Positions 48,889 through 59,252 of a stretch of DNA of 64,000 nt are shown here, in pieces; position 1 is the first letter of the stretch; each line of letters starts with the position of its first letter. The notes beneath the pieces are model-generated. The model did not search any database, was not told the origin of the DNA, and worked only from the letters and a program-made list of their open reading frames with translations. This stretch comes from Candidatus Bathyarchaeota archaeon (GTDB taxonomy: Archaea > Thermoproteota > Bathyarchaeia > Bathyarchaeales > Bathycorpusculaceae), in contig CAVRFW010000005.1 of NCBI GenBank assembly GCA_963720565.1, positions 32,001-96,000 of the forward strand, read 5' to 3'. Position numbers and translations under genes: made by a program.

Positions 48889-49625
48889 TGAAACCCAAAG
48901 TCGCATTCTTCGACTTCGCAGGCTGTGAGGGAGACCAACTTCAAGTAGCCAATCTAGAAGAAGAACTCCTGACTCTGCTGGGACAAGTTGAAGTCGTCAC
49001 CTTCAGAGAAGTCATGAAAGAGCACAACGACAACTATGAAATAGCTTTCATTGAAGGATCATGCACTCGACTGCAGGATGAAGATAGACTGAAACAGATC
49101 AGGAAGAACGCGAAAATCGTTGTCGCCATAGGCTCGTGTGCAGCTATTGGAGGCATTAATTCACTCAGAAACTACAAAGACCTAGAAGGCGTCAAGAAAA
49201 CCGTCTACGGAGAAAACGCAAAACTTTTCGATAGCTACGCAGCCAGACCGATAGACGCCATAATACCCGTAGACGCGTATGTTTATGGTTGCCCCATAGA
49301 CAGAGACGACTTTCTTCATGTAGTCAAATCGCTCTTGCTTGGAAAAAAACCTGAAACACCCACATACCCAGTCTGTGTTGAATGCAAGAAGAACGAAAAC
49401 ATATGCGCCTTTGAACGCGGCCAATTCTGTGTTGGACCAGTCACAAGGGCAGGCTGTAATTCCTGCTGCGTAAATGAAGGAACAATCTGTTGGGGCTGCC
49501 GAGGCTTTGTGGACAATCCAAACGAGAATGCCCACAAGGAAGTCTTGATAAAATACGGTCTCACAGTTGACGATGCAATAGGCAAGTTTAAGTTATACTT
49601 CGGTTGGCAGGAGGCAAAAAGATGA
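48888..49625 (+). CDS. Group 3b [NiFe]-hydrogenase small (delta) subunit
   Basis: GCEGD, EGS, GSCA..GG, GCP, CVEC..C..C.GPVT.AGC...C...CWGCRG. Confidence 0.93.
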   Translation: MKPKVAFFDFAGCEGDQLQVANLEEELLTLLGQVEVVTFREVMKEHNDNYEIAFIEGSCTRLQDEDRLKQIRKNAKIVVAIGSCAAIGGINSLRNYKDLEGVKKTVYGENAKLFDSYAARPIDAIIPVDAYVYGCPIDRDDFLHVVKSLLLGKKPETPTYPVCVECKKNENICAFERGQFCVGPVTRAGCNSCCVNEGTICWGCRGFVDNPNENAHKEVLIKYGLTVDDAIGKFKLYFGWQEAKR

Positions 49626-50932
49626 AAAACCAAAATATCGAAGTTGCCGTGCACCATGTTACAAGGGTAGAAGGGCACGGAAACATCTACGTGAACATAC
49701 AGAAAGGCGTTGTTGAAAAGTGCGAGTGGAGTATTCCAGAAGCCCCGAGATTCTTTGAAGCAATGGTAGAAGGCAGATCTTGGAACGAGCTACACCATAT
49801 TACTTCACGCATCTGCGGGATATGCTCTATTGGACACTCACTAGCCTCCTTGAAAGCCACCGAAGCAGCTCTGGGCATAACGATTAGTGAACAGGACCTC
49901 AAACTCAGAAAGCTCGCGCTTCACGGCGAGAACTTGCAGAGCCACATTCTACATTTGGGTTTTCTGGTGCTACCGGACCTCATGGGAGTAGGATCCGTCA
50001 TTCCTTTAGCTTCCACAAATTTGCCCGAGGTAAAGACCGTTCTGCGCCTCCACAGACTTGCAAATGAAATGTCAAATCTGGTTTGCGGGAGAACAACCCA
50101 TCCTCAAAGGCTAATCCCTGGAGGATTCTCCAAAATTCCCACAATTAAAGAATTAACTGAGCTTAGAAAGAAGCTCCAAGACTCAATCCCAAGCCTCCAA
50201 GCAGTAGCCGAACTCTTCAAAAGTCTAATGGACAAATTCCCCAAATTCAAAAGAGAAACCGAGTTCATCGCGTTGACAGACCCAAACGAGTACGCACTCT
50301 ATGACGGGCTAATAGCTTCATCAGATACAGGTACAGCTCCCGCGCGAGAATACTTGGCCTTCGCCAATGAATATGTGGTTCCAAGATCAACGGCTAAATG
50401 GGCTAAACACGTGCGCGAATCCTACATGGTTGGCGCTTTGGCTAGACTAAACATCAACTACAAGAGACTTTCACCGATGGCTCGCGAAACATCCGACAAG
50501 TTCAATCTACTGCCAATGTGCCATAATCCATTCATGAACAATATCGCCCAACTTGTTGAAGTAGTTCACGGCTTCGAAGACTCTATTCGCCTGATCAATG
50601 AACTTGAAGCAACAGGTTTGCAGAGTCAACCAGAGTACCACAAACCAGAAATCAAAGTAAAAGCAGGTCAAGGAGTCGGAGCAGTAGAGGTACCCAGAGG
50701 GATACTATTCCACGACTACACCTACAACGCCAAGGGAGTATGTACGAAAGCAAACTGCATAATCCCAACAAACCAAAATCACGCCAACATAGAATTAGAC
50801 ATGAAGGCGCTCCTACCACAGATCATTGAAAAATCACAGAAAGAGATTGAATTAACACTAGAAATGCTTGTGAGAGCATATGATCCCTGTATATCATGCT
50901 CAACTCACGCGGTCAAAGTAAACTTCACCTGA
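49622..50932 (+). CDS. Group 3b [NiFe]-hydrogenase large (alpha) subunit
   Basis: RVEGHG, SRICGIC, EVPRG, YDPCISCSTH. Confidence 0.96.
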   Translation: MKNQNIEVAVHHVTRVEGHGNIYVNIQKGVVEKCEWSIPEAPRFFEAMVEGRSWNELHHITSRICGICSIGHSLASLKATEAALGITISEQDLKLRKLALHGENLQSHILHLGFLVLPDLMGVGSVIPLASTNLPEVKTVLRLHRLANEMSNLVCGRTTHPQRLIPGGFSKIPTIKELTELRKKLQDSIPSLQAVAELFKSLMDKFPKFKRETEFIALTDPNEYALYDGLIASSDTGTAPAREYLAFANEYVVPRSTAKWAKHVRESYMVGALARLNINYKRLSPMARETSDKFNLLPMCHNPFMNNIAQLVEVVHGFEDSIRLINELEATGLQSQPEYHKPEIKVKAGQGVGAVEVPRGILFHDYTYNAKGVCTKANCIIPTNQNHANIELDMKALLPQIIEKSQKEIELTLEMLVRAYDPCISCSTHAVKVNFT

Positions 50933-51052
50933 GCCCAAGTTTCAAAACTCCTTTTCCAGAAAAGTTATCAGACTAAAACATACAATATAGTATCAGCTCC
51001 AATAAAGCTGGCATCTTCAGTACAAAAATCCAGATTTGAGAGGAAAACAGTA

Positions 51053-53725
51053 TTGGGTGTAGAGAACCTCAAACTCTTCTTCAATCCTAAGGCCATTGCG
51101 GTCATAGGAGCAAGCGACCGCGAAGATTCCATAGGAGGAAAAATACTTCGCAACCTGGCCGGACATTATAACGGCATAGTTTTTCCAGTGAACCCCTTCA
51201 GAAGAACTGTAAATGGAGTCACAGCCTTTTCCACCGTTGAAAGACTACCTTCTAAAGCTGACTTGGCAATTATTGCGACTCCGGCCCATACAATCCCTCA
51301 AATAGTTGAAGAATGCGGTAAAGCAGCAATAACAAACATAATTATTGTTTCCGCAGGCTTTGAGAAGAACGTTGCAGAAGTAAAAGATCTTAATCAACGA
51401 ATTTTGGAACTGAAACGGACTTACAATCTCCGAATCATGGGGCCCAACAGTTTTGGAGTAATGAGACCCAAAGCCAATTTGTATGCAACTTTCGGAGACA
51501 AAAAGGCAATACCAGGAAAGATCGCATTCATATCTCAAAGCGCCGCACTCTGTGGATTAGTACTTGACTGGTCTCATGAGACTCATGTCGGCCTGAGTGC
51601 AGTGGTCTCCACAGGCACGTCAATGGACGTTAACATCAGTGACTTAGTTGACTATTTCGGAGAAGACCCTCAAACCAGAGCCATTATGCTCTATTTTGAA
51701 GACTTAAAGAACATACGATCTTTCATGAGTGCAGCAAGAGGATTTGCCAGAACCAAACCAATAGTTCTTGTCAAAGCTAGTCGCTTCACAAGAGAAAGAG
51801 AAAGTTCAGAAGTTAGCACTAATGACTTCACTGATGAAGATGAGATTTTCGATGCCGCATTTCGCCGCGTCGGGGTTGTCCGCGTAGATACAATCACTGA
51901 ACTTCTAGCCTGCGGAAGAACCCTATCGATGCAACCAAACCCCAGTGAAAACTGCTTGACGATAGTTACCAACGCAAGCGGGCCAGGAACAATGGCTGTC
52001 GACGAACTCAGGGCTAGAGGCGGTGAACTCTGGAAACCCAGCGGAAACACGATAGATTTACTGAAAAACATTTTGCCTTACTACTGCAACATCTCGAACC
52101 CTGTCGATGTTTTGGAAGAGGCAGCTCCTGAAAGATTCAGAAGAGTGTTACAGGTTTGCATAGATGATCCCGCGGTAACAAGCCTACTGCTAATCTACAC
52201 ATCTCTCGGCACCACCGAACCTCACAGCATAGCGAACATTGTTATGGAGACAACTGCAAAGAAAGGAAAGACTTTTCTAGCTGTTATAATGGGAGAGGAC
52301 AAAAACTGCCAAGAAGCAAGAAGACTACTGAACTGCAACGGTATTCCTGCATTTGAGACCCCGGAAGAAGCCGTTTCCACATTCATGCACATGTACACGT
52401 ACACGAAAAATCTGCAGTTGCTATATCAAACTCCTGAAGAACTCGAGCTAACCTCAGACGTACCAGCACACCTTAGGGGAATCATACGACGTGCTTTCCG
52501 TGAAGGAAGAAAGTCACTCAACCTGCCTGAAGCGCTAGGTTTCCTAGATGCATACAGAATACCAACTGTGAAATCAATGGTCGCCCGGAACGCAGAGGAG
52601 GCAAAAAACAAGGCTGCTGAAATTGGTTTCCCCGTAAAAATCCAAGCTTTATGTTCAACACCACTCTCTAAACCCATTCAAGAGAACTTCTGCTGCGACG
52701 CAGATTCCCTGTCTGAGGTTGAAACTTCGTATAACAAGATTGCGGAAAAAACGGAAAAGTCTGCCTTAGCAGAGTTTCAGGGAACACTAATTCAGCCAAA
52801 ACCCAGAACAGAGGGGCGCAGCTTGTTTGCTGGGTCAAGAAAAACCCCCAAATTCGGCTCCATTATCCTCTTCGGAAGCAGCAGAGCTGGAAAGACACAT
52901 AAAAGACCTGTCAGCATAGGCTTTCCGCCTCTAAATCAGGTTCTCGCCAAACAGATTGTTGAAAACTCGGATTTCACACAATACGTACGCGCTCACCCGA
53001 ATAATCACAACAAAATAAAAGGCGCTATTGAAGAAACACTGGTGAAACTATCTCAGCTTGTAATAGACTTCCCTGAAATAAGAGAGATCGATGTAGATCC
53101 ATTGATTCTTGAAGACAACTGTGTGTATGCAGCAGATGCTTACATCACTATTGACGGAGATAGACTAATGCGTGAAGCATCTGACCATCATGAGCATCTA
53201 GTCATCTCGCCGTACCCCAAAAAATACGTTGCAGTTCGAACCTTGAAAAACGGGCTACAAGTTAGATTACGACCTATAAAGCCTGAAGACGAGAACCGCT
53301 TCAATACACTTTTCAAGTCTTTGTCTGAGGAAAGCGTCAGACTCCGATTCTTTGAAACCATAAAAGAGCTATCTCACGACACCCTGACTCGATACTGCAA
53401 TTTGGATTACGATCGGGAAATAGCCATAGTAGCTGAATTTCAAGATGACAAGAGAATCATCGGTGTGGTAAGAATAATACCTGACCTTGCGGGAAAAACT
53501 GGCGAATTTGCTATTATGGTTGGAGATGAGTGGCAAGGATTAGGGTTAGGTTCAAAACTCATGGACATAATCTCCGAGGTTGCACAGGATTTGAAGCTGA
53601 TGAAAATTCACAGTTACGTCAGTCGAGCTAACACCAAGATGATCAGGATGTGCACAAAAAAAGGATTTGAGACCGAGCCAATAGACGAATACGTGATAAG
53701 CATGTCGAAAAAGCTATCACCCTAA
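51053..53725 (+). CDS. Acyl-CoA synthetase (NDP-forming)-like / GNAT fusion, Pat-type protein lysine acetyltransferase
   Basis: IAVIGAS, GPNSFG, ISQSAA, NPVD, LRPIKPED, DYDREIA, WQGLGLG. Confidence 0.9.
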   Translation: MGVENLKLFFNPKAIAVIGASDREDSIGGKILRNLAGHYNGIVFPVNPFRRTVNGVTAFSTVERLPSKADLAIIATPAHTIPQIVEECGKAAITNIIIVSAGFEKNVAEVKDLNQRILELKRTYNLRIMGPNSFGVMRPKANLYATFGDKKAIPGKIAFISQSAALCGLVLDWSHETHVGLSAVVSTGTSMDVNISDLVDYFGEDPQTRAIMLYFEDLKNIRSFMSAARGFARTKPIVLVKASRFTRERESSEVSTNDFTDEDEIFDAAFRRVGVVRVDTITELLACGRTLSMQPNPSENCLTIVTNASGPGTMAVDELRARGGELWKPSGNTIDLLKNILPYYCNISNPVDVLEEAAPERFRRVLQVCIDDPAVTSLLLIYTSLGTTEPHSIANIVMETTAKKGKTFLAVIMGEDKNCQEARRLLNCNGIPAFETPEEAVSTFMHMYTYTKNLQLLYQTPEELELTSDVPAHLRGIIRRAFREGRKSLNLPEALGFLDAYRIPTVKSMVARNAEEAKNKAAEIGFPVKIQALCSTPLSKPIQENFCCDADSLSEVETSYNKIAEKTEKSALAEFQGTLIQPKPRTEGRSLFAGSRKTPKFGSIILFGSSRAGKTHKRPVSIGFPPLNQVLAKQIVENSDFTQYVRAHPNNHNKIKGAIEETLVKLSQLVIDFPEIREIDVDPLILEDNCVYAADAYITIDGDRLMREASDHHEHLVISPYPKKYVAVRTLKNGLQVRLRPIKPEDENRFNTLFKSLSEESVRLRFFETIKELSHDTLTRYCNLDYDREIAIVAEFQDDKRIIGVVRIIPDLAGKTGEFAIMVGDEWQGLGLGSKLMDIISEVAQDLKLMKIHSYVSRANTKMIRMCTKKGFETEPIDEYVISMSKKLSP

Positions 53726-53746
53726 CCTCGTTCCATACGATTGAAC

Positions 53747-54079
53747 CTAAAGATCTAAATCGTTAAGGAATTTCCAGAAATCTTCCACAAATCTGACTAT
53801 CCGAACTTCCAAACAATTTGAACCTGCATACAGATCCTCGTCAGTTTCGCACTTGAAAAATCCGACGGTGTGAGGAAACCCTTCCTGAAACTCGGGGTTT
53901 TCGACCACTTCAAACAGGCAAACAAGTTTGTCCGCAATCTTTCTTTTGCGATCTGAAAAGAAGACCGAGTAGTTTGGGTATTTTTTTCCCCTATTTCCCA
54001 AGTTGGGAAACGTAATTATCCATTCTAACTCTTGAAAACAAAATTTTTTTTCCAACTTTTCAGTAACCTCTGCACCCAA
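53747..54079 (-). CDS. Hypothetical protein
   Basis: ORF fills the gap; no motif recognised. Confidence 0.55.
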   Translation of the reverse strand: MGAEVTEKLEKKFCFQELEWIITFPNLGNRGKKYPNYSVFFSDRKRKIADKLVCLFEVVENPEFQEGFPHTVGFFKCETDEDLYAGSNCLEVRIVRFVEDFWKFLNDLDL

Positions 54080-54136
54080 TCGCTGCCAAACTATTGTGAC
54101 GCAAGTTCAAAATAAGATTTGTTGAAAGATGCTTCC

Positions 54137-54625
54137 CTATGACGCTCGCGTTAACGTCACGTGAAACGTGGCTTGTCCGCCAGGCGGAAAAATGAAGAAC
54201 ACAGTGTAGCTTTGAGGTGTCGATCCGCCGAACCCCCTTGTAAAGGGAGTGCTACCTCTTATCTCAGCATCCGCACTCTCTATTTCTTTCAAGATTGGGT
54301 ACAGGTCCTCGGACATGCACTTATTATCAATTCCTTTGTCCCAGTAACCCCTGTAAATGTATACTTCAGTCCAACCGTTGTCTCCGCCAGGCATTTTGGT
54401 GCAGCTTATCGTCAACAAACAATTCTCGTTTGCGCCAGTAGCTACGGGCACATAACAGACTGACACTGTCGCGTTTAGAAACCTGAGGCAGTCATTTGTT
54501 CCGCTAATAATAAAATCGAGTTCTCTCGGGGTGGCCTGAGGCGAAGCCAACGAGAACATAACAAGAAAAACAGCTAAAGCGCAAACAACCACAGAAATAA
54601 TAACTCGAACCCAGAAACCTCTCAT
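54137..54625 (-). CDS. Membrane-anchored/secreted hypothetical protein
   Basis: N-terminal TM; GGAGTGG upstream. Confidence 0.7.
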   Translation of the reverse strand: MRGFWVRVIISVVVCALAVFLVMFSLASPQATPRELDFIISGTNDCLRFLNATVSVCYVPVATGANENCLLTISCTKMPGGDNGWTEVYIYRGYWDKGIDNKCMSEDLYPILKEIESADAEIRGSTPFTRGFGGSTPQSYTVFFIFPPGGQATFHVTLTRAS

Positions 54626-54856
54626 TCTAATGCCACTCCTTCAACCATCTCTATTAAATGCCACATTGTTTGCAGCTGAAGCAAACTTCTCGTTCAACGT
54701 TCCTACAATCCAATTGTTCTTAAATCTTTAGGCTAAGGACACCGAATCCGCCATTAAATCTGAGAAACGAACTTGCGTGTTCCAGACGCGGAACAATTTG
54801 TTCCTTGAGTAGAACTAAATTCAGCATTAACCCTTAGGATATGCGGTGAGCTCTGC

Positions 54857-55897
54857 ATGGGAAAATGGCTTGAAAAATATGCTGATTCAATCAGATTTTG
54901 GATTTTAGTTGTTGTTGTAACCTATTTTGCATACGCCGTCTATTATGCGGCGAGTGGCATGCGTGACAGCTTTGGCATGCTTTCCAATCAGTTCATTTAC
55001 ACTTCGCTGTCAAGTAACCCTTGGTGGTGGATGATTCTCTTCTACGGCAGCGAAGGCCTTTCAGGTTCGATATCAATAATCAGTCGCGCAGTCGCTGGAG
55101 CCTTCGCCGCTTATGCAGCCTTTCTGTTTTGGAGGAAAAAAGACAGGGCAATACCGCAGGTAAAAAGGATTGCATGCAACGCATTGATATTCGAAGCCCT
55201 GTTCTTTCTCGCCCTGATTCCTTCAATTATAGCCGCTGCTGCCTACAACCTGTCAAGCGAAAATCTATTCTATTTCGGCCATACTCCCGGAATACTGCTC
55301 ATCTACGGCACATTAGTCCCAATTCTCGCAATCGTCATAACCGTTCCGCCACTCCTGCTTAAGTTGCGCTCAACAATCAAACACGAGGCATCTGGCCAAG
55401 GAATCATTAAATGGTCAAGCTTGACGGCAGTCGCCTATCTCCTCTTCGTCTTCTGGTTCAATTATACGATGCTGTGGGCAGGTGTCACAGTTCCCTACGC
55501 ACAAGTCTACGAGCAGTGGGGACTGGATTTCGTGCTTCAACCTGCTAACATGGTGAGCTTCTGTCTCACTATCATCGGTCTGCTGGCTTTAACCCTTTCA
55601 GCACTGAAAACAGCGATGCCTACAATCAAAAAACGAACACTAACGCCAAACCTAACCCGTATTGGCACAATTATGACATTGTTTGGAGGCTACTTCGTAT
55701 TCAACGTGTTCTACTACTACCTCACGGGCGGTTACGCTGCACACCCGAGTGTATGGTATGAAGTTATAGGACCGCTGCATAACCCCAACTTATGGGCAAT
55801 AGCTCTAGTCTTCCTTGGGTTACCGCTGATAGCCTATGACAGAAATAAAAGAAGCCTAGAAATGGACAATAAAACTGGGTTGACCCAGACTGCGTAG
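54857..55897 (+). CDS. Multi-pass membrane protein
   Basis: About 8 hydrophobic segments with weak two-fold internal similarity. Confidence 0.75.
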   Translation: MGKWLEKYADSIRFWILVVVVTYFAYAVYYAASGMRDSFGMLSNQFIYTSLSSNPWWWMILFYGSEGLSGSISIISRAVAGAFAAYAAFLFWRKKDRAIPQVKRIACNALIFEALFFLALIPSIIAAAAYNLSSENLFYFGHTPGILLIYGTLVPILAIVITVPPLLLKLRSTIKHEASGQGIIKWSSLTAVAYLLFVFWFNYTMLWAGVTVPYAQVYEQWGLDFVLQPANMVSFCLTIIGLLALTLSALKTAMPTIKKRTLTPNLTRIGTIMTLFGGYFVFNVFYYYLTGGYAAHPSVWYEVIGPLHNPNLWAIALVFLGLPLIAYDRNKRSLEMDNKTGLTQTA

Positions 55898-56003
55898 TCA
55901 AAAGGTCAAACTTAAAAGGAGTACCCTACATACATAGCTGATGCTTCTTCGAAGAACAAGAGGCCAAAAACGGTTAATCGCAAGTTTGAGGGGACTCTGA
56001 AAA

Positions 56004-56099
56004 TTGGCTCAATGTTCATGCGGCAAAAACGCTAACGTGTTCGAACGCGGCAAAACAGAATGCATCGACTGCTACCTACAACGAAAAAGAAAACTGTAA
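56004..56099 (+). CDS. 31-aa CxC-x13-CxxC microprotein, copy 3 (MAQCSCGKNANVFERGKTECIDCYLQRKRKL; TTG start)
   Basis: Hand translation; 23/31 identical to copy 1; GAGGGG RBS. Confidence 0.8.
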   Translation: MAQCSCGKNANVFERGKTECIDCYLQRKRKL

Positions 56100-56307
56100 A
56101 CGCGTATAGCCTTCAAAATAGGTCGCCTAGTTGACATTCGAGATAAGGCAAAGTCGAATATGTACAATACTCAAATTCTATTCTGGAAGCCAAATATCGG
56201 GCAGCTCACTTAAACACGTGTTCTTTCTAATTGGCCTTGGATTGCGCTACGAAGTCTATAGGCTGGACACTCGTGCCGAACTGTAAGATTTAAGAAAAAC
56301 GGGCTTG

Positions 56308-56841
56308 TTAAAGTCGTGGTTTAGTAATGATTTCGCGGACTCTAACATCAAAAAAGTTATTTACGTTGGCTGCTTGCAAAACCAGTGCCGTGTCTGCGCC
56401 TCCGCCGGTTCCGCCTATACTGATTATGTCTTCTTGCACGCTGATTAAGCCCGAGTCTGCAGCCATCAGGGCAATTTCAACCGCTACTTTGGTACCTTGC
56501 CCGAAAATGCGCAGTGTATTAGCGATTAACTCGTCAATCTGGTAGGTGTTGAACTTGTTGCGTACTGCTCTTCCGACTCCGCCAAAGGCGTGAGTAGTAG
56601 TTAAGATTTTTCCGCCGGCTGCAACAATCTTGTCCCTGTTTTCAGGGCAAAGTTCCGCTTTATTTTTTTCTTTGAACCCGTGACTATGGGTAACTACAAC
56701 AACATCATAACCTTTGAAAGCCACTACGGCTTTGAGTCCAGTAGCACCATTGGTACTGGCAACAAGAATGGTTTTGATGCCCAACTCGTCAGCGCGTTTC
56801 CTGACCAAAGGAAAAATATCCACGTCTTCAACTTTGCCCAT
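56308..56841 (-). CDS. Pyruvate kinase C-terminal-like alpha/beta protein (COG1751-type)
   Basis: VAST.G.TG, VVVTH..GF, FGQGTKVAVEI..MAADSG, GGT..GADTA. Confidence 0.88.
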   Translation of the reverse strand: MGKVEDVDIFPLVRKRADELGIKTILVASTNGATGLKAVVAFKGYDVVVVTHSHGFKEKNKAELCPENRDKIVAAGGKILTTTHAFGGVGRAVRNKFNTYQIDELIANTLRIFGQGTKVAVEIALMAADSGLISVQEDIISIGGTGGGADTALVLQAANVNNFFDVRVREIITKPRL

Positions 56842-56943
56842 GCAACCTTCTCACTGCGAAAGTGTTATTTAATGATCTATGAGTTGTTTAACATTAAATT
56901 TACCTCTTGCCTAACTATGGAATTTCGAGCCTGTTCCACCTAA

Positions 56944-57423
56944 CCGTGTGCGTAAGAAGAGGTAAGAATAAACCTTGAAATTGCTGTTCTACCTGTGGAC
57001 ACCGCACAAGTTGCCGTCGAAGGAGCAAACATTGTTGTTACAACAACGCCTTCAACTAACCCTCTGGTTCTAAATGAATGGGTAGCAAACGGAACACACT
57101 TCAATTGCATAGACGCCGACGCACCAGGCAAAGAAGAGTTGGATCCTGCAATTTTGAAAACGTCAAAAATATTTGTTGATGATTGGAAACAGGCTCTTCA
57201 CAGTGGAGAGATAAACGTCCCAGTATCCATGGGCGTTCTGTTCCGAGAGAACATTTGGGCCGAGCTGGGAGAAGTGGTAGCTGGAATTAGATCTGGAAGA
57301 TCATCATCAAATGAGATAACGGTTTTTGATTCCACGGGTTTAGCTATTCAGGATGCAACAACTGCTGAGCTTGTCTATCAAAAGGCACTTGAAAAGGGAA
57401 TCGGAAGCTTTGTACATCTCTGA
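56944..57423 (+). pseudogene. Ornithine cyclodeaminase/alanine dehydrogenase C-terminal fragment
   Basis: IVVTTTPS, ADAPGKEELD, HSGEIN, FDSTGLAIQD; stop at 56941-56943 and no N-terminal half upstream. Confidence 0.8.
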
Positions 57424-57545
57424 ACTGGATTCGTGAGCGCAACCGAAGCCATTCTTGCAAACATATGTCTGTAGTCCTACTACATACAATCCCAAAAACT
57501 TAAGCACACAAACAGCGTAAGTATAATGGGGGTGGGGTAAGCACA

Positions 57546-58349
57546 TTGGAACCGCAATTTTCAGACCAACAGGTTCTAGTCGATCTCGGACTCACTCCAA
57601 AACAGGCAAGAGTATACTTGGCTCTCGTTCAGTCTGGGCCCTTAAGAATAGCGGGAATTTCCAAAAACGCAGAAGTTGCGCGTCCGGATGTGTATCAGAC
57701 TCTTGAAAGGCTACAACAGGTTGGCCTGGTCGAAAGAATAATCACGTCACCTCTCCAGTACAAAGCAATTCCAATGGATGATGGTCTCTCATTACTCTTA
57801 GAAACAAGAACGAATCAATACGAGAAAGTAAAAGCAGAAACAGAGGTTCTGCGAGCCACAATCAAAACAGAAAAGCCTGACAAGCCGAATGAGGAGGAGA
57901 GCCACGAGTTCGTTTTGATTCCGGGGGGAAGATCAGCAATTGAGAGAATAGGAGAAGCCATCAAGAATGCTCAGCAAAGCATAGATATTATCCTCTCCTG
58001 GAAAAGAATCGCTCATGGAGTAGTTGAAGTGTTTTCTGAAAGCCTAGAGATTGCTTGGGCAAAAAAGGTGAAAGTTCGGTGTATTTCGGAAAAACCCCCA
58101 GAAAACAAGACCTCGGAACAGTTAATAGAGTATTTCAGAGAAAAGCCTTCGAACCAAATGAGGTTTGTCCCGTATCACCCCGCAACGGTCTTTGGAATAT
58201 ACGATGAAAAAGAAATTTCGTTAGCAGTCGTTCCGAAAACGGATTTAGATAGCTCCCCGACTCTCTGGTCAACCAATAAGGCGCTTGTTTCTTTAGCTGC
58301 AGATCATTTTGAAGTACTTTGGCGCTCATCAACGGAGAAAATACAATAG
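57546..58349 (+). CDS. TrmB-family transcriptional regulator
   Basis: LGLT..QARVYLAL, RPDVY..L..L...GLVE, IYDEKE, LWSTN. Confidence 0.9.
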   Translation: MEPQFSDQQVLVDLGLTPKQARVYLALVQSGPLRIAGISKNAEVARPDVYQTLERLQQVGLVERIITSPLQYKAIPMDDGLSLLLETRTNQYEKVKAETEVLRATIKTEKPDKPNEEESHEFVLIPGGRSAIERIGEAIKNAQQSIDIILSWKRIAHGVVEVFSESLEIAWAKKVKVRCISEKPPENKTSEQLIEYFREKPSNQMRFVPYHPATVFGIYDEKEISLAVVPKTDLDSSPTLWSTNKALVSLAADHFEVLWRSSTEKIQ

Positions 58350-58612
58350 AAAGCCGAACTCTGAAAAACCTCGAGAACTTAGGCCAAGGCGCCGGTTCAA
58401 CCACTTGCTGTTGAAAGCTAAAGCGCGCGAGAAGTTATTTGTCCGGTAGCAAATCTCGCCTCTGTTCATTGCGTCCATGGCTCAGACGATAGTCCTTCAG
58501 AGCGTGCACAACCAATAATGGCAATTATAAACACGAAAAAATCACTTAGCACCCAATATAATAGAAGGATTAAGGATAGGAACTTAACCCGAACAACAAC
58601 GAATCTGTTTTC

Positions 58613-59095
58613 TCACCGCATCTTCATTTCCAGGTTTACCATATCACCTTTCCTGAAACCCATTGAATGGTAAAATTGTAACAAATCCCAATCACTCCAG
58701 CTCGCAAGCGTGTACACAATATTTACGCCTTCAACCTCCCGTTCTGCGGTTTCGACACTTTCTTGTCTACCGCTTTTCTTGAAGATTTCAATTAGCGCAT
58801 TGAACAACATTCTTCCGATTCCGCGACGTTGGAAAGCGGGATCTACCCCTAACGTGTCAATCCATCCAACGGTATCAGGAACCCCGAACTCCCAGCCGCT
58901 AACGAAGCCCAGTATGAACCCAACAATCTTGCCTTCTACCACGGCGACCAGAGCAGGACGAGGATAGATACCAGCGTAGGCTATCTTCCTTTTCCAAAAA
59001 GACCGCCTCTCCTGTCCCAAAACCCGCCTGTCGATCTCGACCACTGCGTCGAGGTCATTCTCATCTAAAACTCTAATCTTCACTTCCCCAGACAT
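58613..59095 (-). CDS. GNAT N-acetyltransferase
   Basis: WEFG, LGVDPAFQRRGIG, FYHSMGF. Confidence 0.9.
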   Translation of the reverse strand: MSGEVKIRVLDENDLDAVVEIDRRVLGQERRSFWKRKIAYAGIYPRPALVAVVEGKIVGFILGFVSGWEFGVPDTVGWIDTLGVDPAFQRRGIGRMLFNALIEIFKKSGRQESVETAEREVEGVNIVYTLASWSDWDLLQFYHSMGFRKGDMVNLEMKMR

Positions 59096-59252
59096 AATCA
59101 AGAACCCCCAATGATTAGTGGTTTTCAATACAGATAAAACTTGTTAAACAAGTCTTTTGTGCGCACACTCTGACAAACGACAATGCAACGCGCAGAATGG
59201 AATTTCTAGAACTGAGGAAACAATATATCCTACCAATTTTGACTGTTAGGAC

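Noticed and set aside
55941..56000. uORF MLLRRTRGQKRLIASLRGL as a conserved leader peptide
   Set aside because: Homologous leader at 41047-41110 has no ATG, an internal TAA and indels
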